In this document: piece after piece, positions 11,882 to 26,130 of the stretch
How positions within the stretch are numbered: the stretch's first letter is position 1
Layout: every line of letters starts with the position of its first letter
Assembly: GCF_009914755.1 (NCBI RefSeq)
Contig: NC_060948.1
From: the human T2T-CHM13v2.0 reference genome, Homo sapiens
Length of the DNA stretch: 64,000 nucleotides
Reading direction: 5' to 3' (one strand)
The notes under the pieces: generated by a model
Databases searched by the model: none
Seen by the model: the letters and a program-made list of their open reading frames with translations, nothing else
Told to the model about the DNA's origin: nothing
Made by a program: the position numbers and the translations under genes

Positions 11882-14800
11882 CCTGGAATAAAGTGGAATG
11901 CTACGGTCTCGAATGGAATAAAAATGTATGGAATGGAATGCAATGAAACGGAATCGAATGTCATAGAATGTAATGGAATGCAAAAAAATGGAATCCAAAA
12001 TCATTGACTGGAAAGGCTGGGTGTCGAAAGGAATTGACTCCAATGGAATGGAATCGAATGGAGTGGAAGTGAATAGAATCGAACTACATCGAATGGAATG
12101 GAATTGATAGGAACGGAATGGAAAGGAATGCAATGATTTGGCACGGAATGGAATCGAATGGCATCGAATGGAATGGAATGGAATGCAATGGAATGGAACG
12201 TATTAGAATGTAATGAACTTTAATGGAATGTACTCGAATGGATTCGACTGGAATGGAATGTTCTGGAAGTGAATGGACTCCAATGGAATGGATTCAAAAG
12301 GAATGGAATCGTACGGAATGGAATCTAATGGAATGGAATTAAATGGAAATGAATCAAATTGAATAGCATGGAATTGAATTGAATGGAATCGAATGCAATG
12401 GTATCTAATGAAACGGAAAGGAAAGGAATGGAATGGAATGGAATGGGCTGGAATGGAAAGGAATCGAAACGAATGGAATGGAATCGAACTGAAGAGACTG
12501 GAATGGAATGCACTGGAATGGAAGGGAGTGTAATGGAAGGTTCTCGAAAAAAATGGAATCGAATGGAATGGAATTGAATGGAACGGAATAGAGTCGAATG
12601 GAATTGAATGGAATGGAATGGACTAGAGTGAAATGGAATCGAACCACAAGGAATGGACAGGAATAGAATGGTCTCGAATTGAATGGAATCGTATGGAATG
12701 GCATCAAACGGAATGGAATGGACAGCCACGGAATGGAATGCACTCGAATGCAATGGAGTCGAAACTAATGGACTGGAATAGAATGGACTCGACTGGTACG
12801 GACTCCAATGGAATGGAATCGAATGGAAGGGAATCGAACGGAATGGACTCGAAGGGAAAAGACTGCAATGGAAAGGTCTCGAATGGAATGGAAATAAATG
12901 GAATGGAATGGAATCGAATGAAATGGAGTCAAAAGGAATGGAATTGAATGGCAAGAAATCGAATGTAATGGAATCGCAAGGAATTGATGTGAACGGAACG
13001 GAATGGAATGGAATCCAAAGGAATGGAATAGAATGGAATGGAATCGAATGGAAAGGACTCGAATGGAAATCACTCGAATAGAATGCAATTTAATAAAATA
13101 GGACCAAATGAAATGGAATGGAATGGAAAGGAATCGAAACGAAAGGAATGGAGACAGATGGAATGGAATGGAGCAGAGAGCAATGGTATAGAATGGAATG
13201 GAATCATCTGGAATGGAATTGAATGGAATGGAATAATATGAAATGGAATGGAATGGAATGGAATGGAATGCCCTTGAATTAAATGGACTGGAATGGAATG
13301 GACTCGAACAGAGTGGAATGGAAAGTGTTGAGATAGAATGGAATGGACTCGTTTGGAATGGTCTAGTATGCAATGCAATCGACTGGCAGGGAATCAAAAG
13401 GAATGTAATCGAATGGATTGGACTGGAATGCAATGGACTCGAATAGATTGCAAACGGAATGCAAAGGAATGGAATGGAATAGTATGGAATGGAATGGAAA
13501 GGAATGGAGTGGAATAGACTAGAGTGGAATGGAATGGACTGGAAAGCAATGGACTGGAATGGAACTTTCTTGAATGGACTGGAATCAAACGGAATGGAAT
13601 GCAATGCAATCAAATGGCATGGAATAAAATAGAATGAAAGAGAATGAAATGGAATTGAATCGAATGGAATCGAATGGATTGGAAAGGAATAGAATGGAAT
13701 GGAATGGAATTGACTCAAATGGAATGGACTAGAATGGAATGGATTCGAATGGAAGGCAAAGGAATGGAATCTATTGGAATGGACTGTAATGGAATGGAAT
13801 GGAAGGGATTGGAATGGACTCGAATGGAATGGACTGCAATAGAAAGGATTCGAATGGAATGAAAAAGAATTGAATGGAATAGAACAGAATGGAATCAAAT
13901 CGAATGAAATGGAATGGAATAGAAAGGAATGGAATGAAATGGAATGGAAAGGATTCGAATGGAATGCAATCGAATGGAATGGAGTCGAACGGAATGGAAT
14001 AAAATGGAAGAAAACTGGCAAGAAATGGAATCGAAATGAATGGAGTGTTATGGAACGGACTCAAAAGGAATTGAATGTAATAGAATGGAGTGGAGTGGAC
14101 TCGAATATAATGGACTGGAATGGAATGAAATCACATGGAATGGGAACGAATGGAATGGAATGGAAAGGAATGGAATCGAATGGAAAGGAATCGAATGGAA
14201 GGGAATGAAATTGAATCAACAGGAATTGTAGGGAATAGAATAGACGGTAATGGAATGGACTCGAATAGAATGGACACGAATGCTCAAATTGAATGGACTC
14301 GAATGGAATGGAAACGAAAGGAATGTCATCGAATGGAATTGAATCGATTGGAATCAAATCGCATAGAATGGAGTGGAATCAAATGGAATTGAATCGAAAG
14401 GAAAGGAAGCGAATGGACTGAAATGAAATGGAATGGAATTGAATGGAAAGTAATGCAATGGAATAGAATGGAACGAAATTTCACGGAATGGAATCAAACT
14501 GAATGGAATCAAATCAATGGAATCAAATCAAATGGAATGGAAAGGAATTGAATGGAGTAGATTGGATTGGATGGGATTGGAATGAAATGTACTGGAAAGG
14601 ACTCGAATTTCATGAAACGGAATGGAATGAATTGGAACGGAATGGACTCGAATGGAATGGAATGTCATGGAATGGCATCAAATGGAATGGCATCAAATGG
14701 AATGGAATCGAATGCAATGGAATGCTATGGAATGGAATGGAATGCATTGGAATGGAATGTCCTCTAATGGAATGGATTCGAGTGGAATGGAATCGAATAT

Positions 14801-15445
14801 AATGGAGTCGAATGAAATGGAATTGAAAGGAATGGGATCGAATACAATGGAATATACTGGAATGTAATGTAATGAACTCGAATGTAATTGACTGGAATGG
14901 AATGTACATGAATGGAATGTAATCGAATGGAAAGTAATCCAATGGAATACAATCTAATGCAATAAAATCGACTCAGATAGAGTAGAATGTAATGGAATGG
15001 AGTGCAGTGCAATGGAATGGAATGGAATGGAATGCAATGGAATGGAATGGAATGGAATGGAATGGAATGGGATGGAATGGGATGGAATGTTATGGAATGG
15101 ATAGTAATGGACTGGAGTGAAATGGACTGGAAAGGAATGGACTCAAATTAAAAGGGCTCGAAAGGAATGCAGTCAAATGGAATGGTCTGGAATGGAATGA
15201 ACACGAAAGTAATGCAATCCAATAGAATGGAATCGAATGGCATGGAATATAAAGAAATGGAATCGAAGAGAATGGAAACAAATGGAATGGAATTGAATGG
15301 AATGGAATTGAATGGAATGGGAACGAATGGAGTGAAATTGTATGCAGTAGAAGGGAATAGAATGGAATGCAAGCGAAAGGAAAGGAATGGATTGGAATGG
15401 AATGGAATTCATTGGAATGGAAGGGAATGTAGTGTAATGGACAGG
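11882..15445 (-). repeat. DYZ1 unit 4 (3564 bp)
   Basis: HaeIII-to-HaeIII; canonical length. Confidence 0.9.
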
Positions 15446-18400
15446 CCTGCAATAAAGTGGAATGCTACGGTCTCGAATGGAATAAAAATGTATGGAATGG
15501 AATGCAATGAAACGGAATCGAATGTCATAGAATGTAATGGAATGCAAAAAAATGGAATCCAAAATCATTGACTGGAAAGGCTGGGTGTCGAAAGGAATTG
15601 ACTCCAATGGAATGGAATCGAATGGAATGGAAGTGATAGAATCGAACTAAATCGAATGGAATGGAATTGATAGGAACGGAATGGAAAGGAATGCAATGAT
15701 TTGGCATGGAATGGAATCAAATGGCATCGAATGGAATGGTATGGAATGCAACGGAATGGAATGTATTAGAATGTAATGAACTTTAATGGAATGTACTCGA
15801 ATGGATTCGACTGGAATGGAATGTTCTGGAAGTGAATGGACTCCAATGGAATGGATTCAAAAGGAATGGAATCGTTCGGAATGGAATCTAATGGAATGGA
15901 ATTAAATGGAAATGAATCAAATTGAATAGCACGGAATTGAATTGAATGGAATGGAATGCAATGGAATCTAATGAAACGGAAAGGAAAGGAATGGAATGGA
16001 ATGGAATGGGCTGGAATGGAAAGGAATCGAAACGAATGGAATGGAATCGAACTGAAGAGACTGGAATGGAATGCACTGGAATGGAAGGGAGTGTAATGGA
16101 AGGTTCTCGAAAAAAATGGAATCGAATGGAATGGAATTGAATGGAACGGAATAGAGTCGAATGGAATTGAATGGAATGGAATGGACTAGAGTGAAATGGA
16201 ATCGAACCACAAGGAATGGACAGGAATAGAATGGTCTCGAATTGAATGGAATCGTATGGAATGGCATCAAACGGAATGGAATGGACAGCCACGGAATGGA
16301 ATGCACTCGAATGCAATGGAGTCGAAACTAATGGACTGGAATAGAATGGACTCGACTGGTACGGACTCCAATGGAATGGAATCGAATGGAAGGGAATCGA
16401 ACGGAATGGACTCGAAGGGAAAAGACTGCAATGGAAAGGTCTCGAATGGAATGGAAATTAATGGAATGGAATGGAATCGAATGAAATGGAGTCAAAAGGA
16501 ATGGAATCGAATGGCAAGAAATCGAATGTAATGGAATCGCAAGGAATTGATGTGAACGGAACGGAATGGAATGGAATCCAAAGGAATGGAATAGAATGGA
16601 ATGGAATCGAATGGAAAGGACTCGAATGGAAATCACTCGAATAGAATGCAATTTAATAAAATAGGACCAAATGAAATGGAATGGAATGGAAAGGAATCGA
16701 AACGAAAGGAATGGAGACAGATGGAATGGAATGGAACAGAGAGCAATGGTATAGAATGGAATGGAATCATCTGGAATGGAATTGAATGGAATGGAATAAT
16801 ATGAAATGGAATGGAATGGAATGGAATGGAATGCCCTTGAATTAAATGGACTGGAATGGAATGGACTCGAACAGAGTGGAATGGAAAGTGTTGAGATAGA
16901 ATGGAATGGACTCGTTTGGAATGGTCTAGTATGCAATGCAATCGACTGGCAGGGAATCAAAAGGAATGTAATGGAATGGATTGGACTGGAATGCAATGGA
17001 CTCGAATAGATTGCAAACGGAATGCAAAGGAATGGAATGGAATAGTATGGAATGGAATGGAAAGGAATGGAGTGGAATAGACTAGAGTGGAATGGAATGG
17101 ACTGGAAAGCAATGGACTGGAATGGAACTTTCTTGAATGGACTGGAATCAAACGGAAAGGAATGCAATGCAATCAAATGGCATGGAATAAAATAGAATGA
17201 AAGAGAATCAAATGGAATTGAATCGAATGGAATCGAATGGATTGGAAAGGAATAGAATGGAATGGAATGGAATTGACTCAAATGGAATGGACTAGAATGG
17301 AATGGATTCGAATGGAAGGCAAAGGAATGGAATCTATTGGAATGGACTGTAATGGAATGGAATGGAAGGGATTGGAATGGACTCGAATGGAATGGACTGC
17401 AATAGAAAGGATTCGAATGGAATGAAAAAGAATTGAATGGAATAGAACAGAATGGAATCAAATCGAATGAAATGGAATGGAATAGAAAGGAATGGAATGA
17501 AATGGAATGGAAAGGATTCGAATGGAATGCAATCGAATGGAATGGAGTCGAACGGAATGGAATAAAATGGAAGAAAACTGGCAAGAAATGGAATCGAAAT
17601 GAATGGAGTGTTATGGAACGGACTCAAAAGGAATTGAATGTAATAGAATGGAGTGGAGTGGACTCGAATATAATGGACTGGAATGGAATGAAATCACATG
17701 GAATGGGAACGAATGGAATGGAATGGAAAGGAATGGAATCGAATGGAAAGGAATCGAATGGAAGGGAATGAAATTGAATCAACAGGAATTGTAGGGAATA
17801 GAATAGACGGTAATGGAATGGACTCGAATAGAATGGACACGAATGCTCAAATTGAATGGACTCGAATGGAATGGAAACGAAAGGAATGTCATCGAATGGA
17901 ATTGAATCGATTGGAATCAAATCGCATAGAATGGAGTGGAATCAAATGGAATTGAATCGAAAGGAAAGGAAGCGAATGGACTGAAATGAAATGGAATGGA
18001 ATTGAATGGAAAGTAATGCAATGGAATAGAATGGAACGAAATTTCACGGAATGGAATCAAACTGAATGGAATCAAATCAATGGAATCAAATCAAATGGAA
18101 TGGAAAGGAATTGAATGGAGTAGATTGGATTGGATGGGATTGGAATGAAATGTACTGGAAAGGACTCGAATTTCATGAAACGGAATGGAATGAATTGGAA
18201 CGGAATGGACTCGAATGGAATGGAATGTCATGGAATGGCATCAAATGGAATGGCATCAAATGGAATGGAATCGAATGCAATGGAATGCTATGGAATGGAA
18301 TGGAATGCATTGGAATGGAATGTCCTCTAATGGAATGGATTCGAGTGGAATGGAATCGAATATAATGGAGTCGAATGAAATGGAATTGAAAGGAATGGGA

Positions 18401-19008
18401 TCGAATACAATGGAATATACTGGAATGTAATGTAATGAACTCGAATGTAATTGACTGGAATGGAATGTACATGAATGGAATGTAATCGAATGGAAAGTAA
18501 TCCAATGGAATACAATCTAATGCAATAAAATCGACTCAGATAGAGTAGAATGTAATGGAATGGAGTGCAGTGCAATGGAATGGAATGGAATGGAATGCAA
18601 TGGAATGGAATGGAATGGAATGGAATGGAATGGGATGGAATGGGATGGAATGTTATGGAATGGATAGTAATGGACTGGAGTGAAATGGACTGGAAAGGAA
18701 TGGACTCAAATTAAAAGGGCTCGAAAGGAATGCAGTCAAATGGAATGGTCTGGAATGGAATGAACACGAAAGTAATGCAATCCAATAGAATGGAATCGAA
18801 TGGCATGGAATATAAAGAAATGGAATCGAAGAGAATGGAAACAAATGGAATGGAATTGAATGGAATGGAATTGAATGGAATGGGAACGAATGGAGTGAAA
18901 TTGTATGCAGTAGAAGGGAATAGAATGGAATGCAAGCGAAAGGAAAGGAATGGATTGGAATGGAATGGAATTCATTGGAATGGAAGGGAATGTAGTGTAA
19001 TGGACAGG
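15446..19008 (-). repeat. DYZ1 unit 5 (3563 bp)
   Basis: HaeIII-to-HaeIII; 1-bp deletion near 15636; GGCCTGCAAT variant. Confidence 0.9.
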
Positions 19009-22000
19009 CCTGCAATAAAGTGGAATGCTACGGTCTCGAATGGAATAAAAATGTATGGAATGGAATGCAATGAAACGGAATCGAATGTCATAGAATGTAA
19101 TGGAATGCAAAAAAATGGAATCCAAAATCATTGACTGGAAAGGCTGGGTGTCGAAAGGAATTGACTCCAATGGAATGGAATCGAATGGAATGGAAGTGAT
19201 AGAATCGAACTAAATCGAATGGAATGGAATTGATAGGAACGGAATGGAAAGGAATGCAATGATTTGGCATGGAATGGAATCAAATGGCATCGAATGGAAT
19301 GGTATGGAATGCAACGGAATGGAATGTATTAGAATGTAATGAACTTTAATGGAATGTACTCGAATGGATTCGACTGGAATGGAATGTTCTGGAAGTGAAT
19401 GGACTCCAATGGAATGGATTCAAAAGGAATGGAATCGTTCGGAATGGAATCTAATGGAATGGAATTAAATGGAAATGAATCAAATTGAATAGCACGGAAT
19501 TGAATTGAATGGAATGGAATGCAATGGAATCTAATGAAACGGAAAGGAAAGGAATGGAATGGAATGGAATGGGCTGGAATGGAAAGGAATCGAAACGAAT
19601 GGAATGGAATCGAACTGAAGAGACTGGAATGGAATGCACTGGAATGGAAGGGAGTGTAATGGAAGGTTCTCGAAAAAAATGGAATCGAATGGAATGGAAT
19701 TGAATGGAACGGAATAGAGTCGAATGGAATTGAATGGAATGGAATGGACTAGAGTGAAATGGAATCGAACCACAAGGAATGGACAGGAATAGAATGGTCT
19801 CGAATTGAATGGAATCGTATGGAATGGCATCAAACGGAATGGAATGGACAGCCACGGAATGGAATGCACTCGAATGCAATGGAGTCGAAACTAATGGACT
19901 GGAATAGAATGGACTCGACTGGTACGGACTCCAATGGAATGGAATCGAATGGAAGGGAATCGAACGGAATGGACTCGAAGGGAAAAGACTGCAATGGAAA
20001 GGTCTCGAATGGAATGGAAATTAATGGAATGGAATGGAATCGAATGAAATGGAGTCAAAAGGAATGGAATCGAATGGCAAGAAATCGAATGTAATGGAAT
20101 CGCAAGGAATTGATGTGAACGGAACGGAATGGAATGGAATCCAAAGGAATGGAATAGAATGGAATGGAATCGAATGGAAAGGACTCGAATGGAAATCACT
20201 CGAATAGAATGCAATTTAATAAAATAGGACCAAATGAAATGGAATGGAATGGAAAGGAATCGAAACGAAAGGAATGGAGACAGATGGAATGGAATGGAAC
20301 AGAGAGCAATGGTATAGAATGGAATGGAATCATCTGGAATGGAATTGAATGGAATGGAATAATATGAAATGGAATGGAATGGAATGGAATGGAATGCCCT
20401 TGAATTAAATGGACTGGAATGGAATGGACTCGAACAGAGTGGAATGGAAAGTGTTGAGATAGAATGGAATGGACTCGTTTGGAATGGTCTAGTATGCAAT
20501 GCAATCGACTGGCAGGGAATCAAAAGGAATGTAATGGAATGGATTGGACTGGAATGCAATGGACTCGAATAGATTGCAAACGGAATGCAAAGGAATGGAA
20601 TGGAATAGTATGGAATGGAATGGAAAGGAATGGAGTGGAATAGACTAGAGTGGAATGGAATGGACTGGAAAGCAATGGACTGGAATGGAACTTTCTTGAA
20701 TGGACTGGAATCAAACGGAAAGGAATGCAATGCAATCAAATGGCATGGAATAAAATAGAATGAAAGAGAATCAAATGGAATTGAATCGAATGGAATCGAA
20801 TGGATTGGAAAGGAATAGAATGGAATGGAATGGAATTGACTCAAATGGAATGGACTAGAATGGAATGGATTCGAATGGAAGGCAAAGGAATGGAATCTAT
20901 TGGAATGGACTGTAATGGAATGGAATGGAAGGGATTGGAATGGACTCGAATGGAATGGACTGCAATAGAAAGGATTCGAATGGAATGAAAAAGAATTGAA
21001 TGGAATAGAACAGAATGGAATCAAATCGAATGAAATGGAATGGAATAGAAAGGAATGGAATGAAATGGAATGGAAAGGATTCGAATGGAATGCAATCGAA
21101 TGGAATGGAGTCGAACGGAATGGAATAAAATGGAAGAAAACTGGCAAGAAATGGAATCGAAATGAATGGAGTGTTATGGAACGGACTCAAAAGGAATTGA
21201 ATGTAATAGAATGGAGTGGAGTGGACTCGAATATAATGGACTGGAATGGAATGAAATCACATGGAATGGGAACGAATGGAATGGAATGGAAAGGAATGGA
21301 ATCGAATGGAAAGGAATCGAATGGAAGGGAATGAAATTGAATCAACAGGAATGGTAGGGAATAGAATAGACGGTAATGGAATGGACTCGAATAGAATGGA
21401 CACGAATGCTCAAATTGAATGGACTCGAATGGAATGGAAACGAAAGGAATGTCATCGAATGGAATTGAATCGATTGGAATGAAATCGCATAGAATGGAGT
21501 GGAATCAAATGGAATTGAATCGAAAGGAAAGGAAGCGAATGGACTGAAATGAAATGGAATGGAATTGAATGGAAAGTAATGCAATGGAATAGAATGGAAC
21601 GAAATTTCACGGAATGGAATCAAACTGAATGGAATCAAGTCAATGGAATCAAATCAAATGGAATGGAAAGGAATTGAATGGAGTAGATTGGATTGGATGG
21701 GATTGGAATGAAATGTACTGGAAAGGACTCGAATTTCATGAAACGGAATGGAATGAATTGGAACGGAATGGACTCGAATGGAATGGAATGTCATGGAATG
21801 GCATCAAATGGAATGGCATCAAATGGAATGGAATCGAATGCAATGGAATGCTATGGAATGGAATGGAATGCATTGGAATGGAATGTCCTCTAATGGAATG
21901 GATTCGAGTGGAATGGAATCGAATATAATGGAGTCGAATGAAATGGAATTGAAAGGAATGGGATCGAATACAATGGAATATACTGGAATGTAATGTAATG

Positions 22001-22571
22001 AACTCGAATGTAATTGACTGGAATGGAATGTACATGAATGGAATGTAATCGAATGGAAAGTAATCCAATGGAATACAATCTAATGCAATAAAATCGACTC
22101 AGATAGAGTAGAATGTAATGGAATGGAGTGCAGTGCAATGCAATGGAATGGAATGGAATGCAATGGAATGGAATGGAATGGAATGGAATGGAATGGAATG
22201 GAATGGGATGGAATGGTATGGAATGGATAGTAATGGACTGGAGTGAAATGGACTGGAAAGGAATGGACTCAAATTGAAAGGGCTCGAAAGGAATGGAGTC
22301 AAATGGAATGGTCTGGAATGGAATGAACACGAAAGTAATGCAATCCAATAGAATGGAATCGAATGGCATGGAATATAAAGAAATGGAATCGAAGAGAATG
22401 GAAACAAATGGAATGGAATTGAATGGAATGGAATTGAATGGAATGGGAACGAATGGAGTGAAATTGTATGCAGTAGAAGGGAATAGAATGGAATGCAAGC
22501 GAAAGGAAAGGAATGGATTGGAATGGAATGGAATTCATTGGAATGGAAGGGAATGTAGTGTAATGGACAGG
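19009..22571 (-). repeat. DYZ1 unit 6 (3563 bp)
   Basis: HaeIII-to-HaeIII; 1-bp deletion near 19199; first ~2.3 kb appears identical to unit 5. Confidence 0.9.
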
Positions 22572-25500
22572 CCTGGAATAAAGTGGAATGCTACGGTCTC
22601 GAATGGAATAAAAATGTATGGAATGGAATGCAATGAAACGGAATCGAATGTCATAGAATGTAATGGAATGCAAAAAAATGGAATCCAAAATCATTGACTG
22701 GAAAGGCTGGGTGTCGAAAGGAATTGACTCCAATGGAATGGAATCGAATGGAGTGGAAGTGAATAGAATCGAACTACATCGAATGGAATGGAATTGATAG
22801 GAACGGAATGGAAAGGAATGCAATGATTTGGCACGGAATGGAATCGAATGGCATCGAATGGAATGGAATGGAATGCAATGGAATGGAACGTATTAGAATG
22901 TAATGAACTTTAATGGAATGTACTCGAATGGATTCGACTGTAATGGAATGTTCTGGAAGTGAATGGACTCCAATGGAATGGATTCAAAAGGAATGGAATC
23001 GTACGGAATGGAATCTAATGGAATGGAATTAAATGGAAATGAATCAAATTTAATAGCATGGAATTGAATTGAATGGAATCGAATGCAATGGAATCTAATG
23101 AAACGGAAAGGAAAGGAATGGAATGGAATGGAATGGGCTGGAAGGGAAAGGAATCGAAACGAATGGAATGGAATCGAACTGAAGAGACTGGAATGGAATG
23201 CACTGGAATGGAAGGGAGTGTAATGGAAGGTTCTCGAAAAAAATGGAATCGAATGGAATGGAATTGAATGGAACGGAATAGAGTCGAATGGAATTGAATG
23301 GAATGGAATGGACTAGAGTGAAATGGAATCGAACCACAAGGAATGGACAGGAATAGAATGGTCTCGAATTGAATGGAATCGTATGGAATGGCATCAAACG
23401 GAATGGAATGGACAGCCACGGAATGGAATGCACTCGAATGCAATGGAGTCGAAACTAATGGACTGGAATAGAATGGACTCGACTGGTACGGACTCCAATG
23501 GAATGGAATCGAATGGAAGGGAATCGAACGGAATGGACTCGAAGGGAAAAGACTGCAATGGAAAGGTCTCGAATGGAATGGAAATAAATGGAATGGAATG
23601 GAATCGAATGAAATGGAGTCAAAAGGAATGGAATCGAATGGCAAGAAATCGAATGTAATGGAATCGCAAGGAATTGATGTGAACGGAACGGAATGGAATG
23701 GAATCCAAAGGAATGGAATAGAATGGAATGGAATCGAATGGAAAGGACTCGAATGGAAATCACTCGAATAGAATGCAATTTAATAAAATAGGACCAAATG
23801 AAATGGAATGGAATGGAAAGGAATCGAAACGAAAGGAATGGAGACAGATGGAATGGAATGGAACAGAGAGCAATGGTATAGAATGGAATGGAATCATCTG
23901 GAATGGAATTGAATGGAATGGAATAATATGAAATGGAATGGAATGGAATGGAATGGAATGCCCTTGAATTAAATGGACTGGAATGGAATGGACTCGAACA
24001 GAGTGGAATGGAAAGTGTTGAGATAGAATGGAATGGACTCGTTTGGAATGGTCTAGTATGCAATGCAATCGACTGGCAGGGAATCAAAAGGAATGTAATG
24101 GAATGGATTGGACTGGAATGCAATGGACTCGAATAGATTGCAAACGGAATGCAAAGGAATGGAATGGAATAGTATGGAATGGAATGGAAAGGAATGGAGT
24201 GGAATAGACTAGAGTGGAATGGAATGGACTGGAAAGAAATGGACTGGAATGGAACTTTCTTGAATGGACTGGAATCAAACGGAATGGAATGCAATGCAAT
24301 CAAATGGCATGGAATAAAATAGAATGAAAGAGAATCAAATGGAATTGAATCGAATGGAATCGAATGGATTGGAAAGGAATACAATGGAATGGAATGGAAT
24401 TGACTCAAATGGAATGGACTAGAATGGAATGGATTCGAATGGAAGGCAAAGGAATGGAATCTATTGGAATGGACTGTAATGGAATGGAATGGAAGGGATT
24501 GGAATGGACTCGAATGGAATGGACTGCAATAGAAAGGATTCGAATGGAATGAAAAAGAATTGAATGGAATAGAACAGAATGGAATCAAATCGAATGAAAT
24601 GGAATGGAATAGAAAGGAATGGAATGAAATGGAATGGAAAGGATTCGAATGGAATGCAATCGAATGGAATGGAGTCGAACGGAATGGAATAAAATGGAAG
24701 AAAACTGGCAAGAAATGGAATCGAAATGAATGGAGTGTTATGGAACGGACTCAAAAGGAATTGAATGTAATAGAATGGAGTGGAGTGGACTCGAATATAA
24801 TGGACTGGAATGGAATGAAATCACATGGAATGGGAACGAATGGAATGGAATGGAAAGGAATGGAATCGAATGGAAAGGAATCGAATGGAAGGGAATGAAA
24901 TTGAATCAACAGGAATGGTAGGGAATAGAATAGACGGTAATGGAATGGACTCGAATAGAATGGACACGAATGCTCAAATTGAATGGACTCGAATGGAATG
25001 GAAACGAAAGGAATGTCATCGAATGGAATTGAATCGATTGGAATCAAATCGCATAGAATGGAGTGGAATCAAATGGAATTGAATCGAAAGGAAAGGAAGC
25101 GAATGGACTGAAATGAAATGGAATGGAATTGAATGGAAAGTAATGCAATGGAATAGAATGGAACGAAATTTTACGGAATGGAATCAAACTGAATGGAATC
25201 AAATCAATGGAATCAAATCCAATGGAATGGAAAGGAATTGAATGGAGTAGATTGGATTGGATGGGATTGGAATGAAATGTACTGGAAAGGACTCGAATTT
25301 CATGAAACGGAATGGAATGAATTGGAACGGAATGGACTCGAATGGAATGGAATGTCATGGAATGGCATCAAATGGAATGGCATCGAATGCAATGGAATGC
25401 TATGGAATGGAATGGAATGCATTGGAATGGAATGTCCTCTAATGGAATGGATTCGAGTGGAATGGAATCGAATATAATGGAGTCGAATGAAATGGAATTG

Positions 25501-26130
25501 AAAGGAATGGGATCGAATAGAATGGAATATACTGGAATGTAATGTAATGAACTCGAATGTAATTGACTGGAATGGAATGTACATGAATGGAATGTAATCG
25601 AATGGAAAGTAATCCAATGGAATAGAATCTAATGCAATAAAACCGACTCAGATAGAGTAGAATGTAATGGAATGGAGTGCAGTGCAATGGAAGGGAATGG
25701 AATTGAATGCAATGGAATGGAATGGAATGGAATGGAATGGAATGGAATGGAATGGGATGGAATGGGATGGAATGGTATGGAATGGATAGTAATGGACTGG
25801 AGGGAAATGGACTGGAAAGGAATGGACTCAAATTGAAAGGGCTCGAAAAGAAGGGAGTCAAATGGAATAGTCTGGAATAGAATGAACACGAATGTAATGC
25901 AATCCAATAGAATGGAATCGAATGGCATGGAATATAAAGAAATGGAATCGAAGAGAATGGAAACAAATGGAATGGAATTGAATGGAATGGAATTGAATGG
26001 AATGGGAACGAATGGAGTGAAATTGTATGCAGTAGAAGGGAATAGAATGGAATGCAAGCGAAAGGAAAGGAATGGATTGGAATGGAATGGAATTCATTGG
26101 AATGGAAGGGAATGTAGTGTAATGGACAGG
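22572..26130 (-). repeat. DYZ1 unit 7 (3559 bp)
   Basis: HaeIII-to-HaeIII; 15-bp deletion near 25375, longer pure tract. Confidence 0.9.

Noticed and set aside
12765-14021. Longest ORF, 418 aa on the minus strand (also 16328, 19891, 23455)
   Set aside because: It exists only because the GGACCAAATGAA variant removes a stop and fuses two spurious frames. The start is non-ATG and the product is low-complexity.
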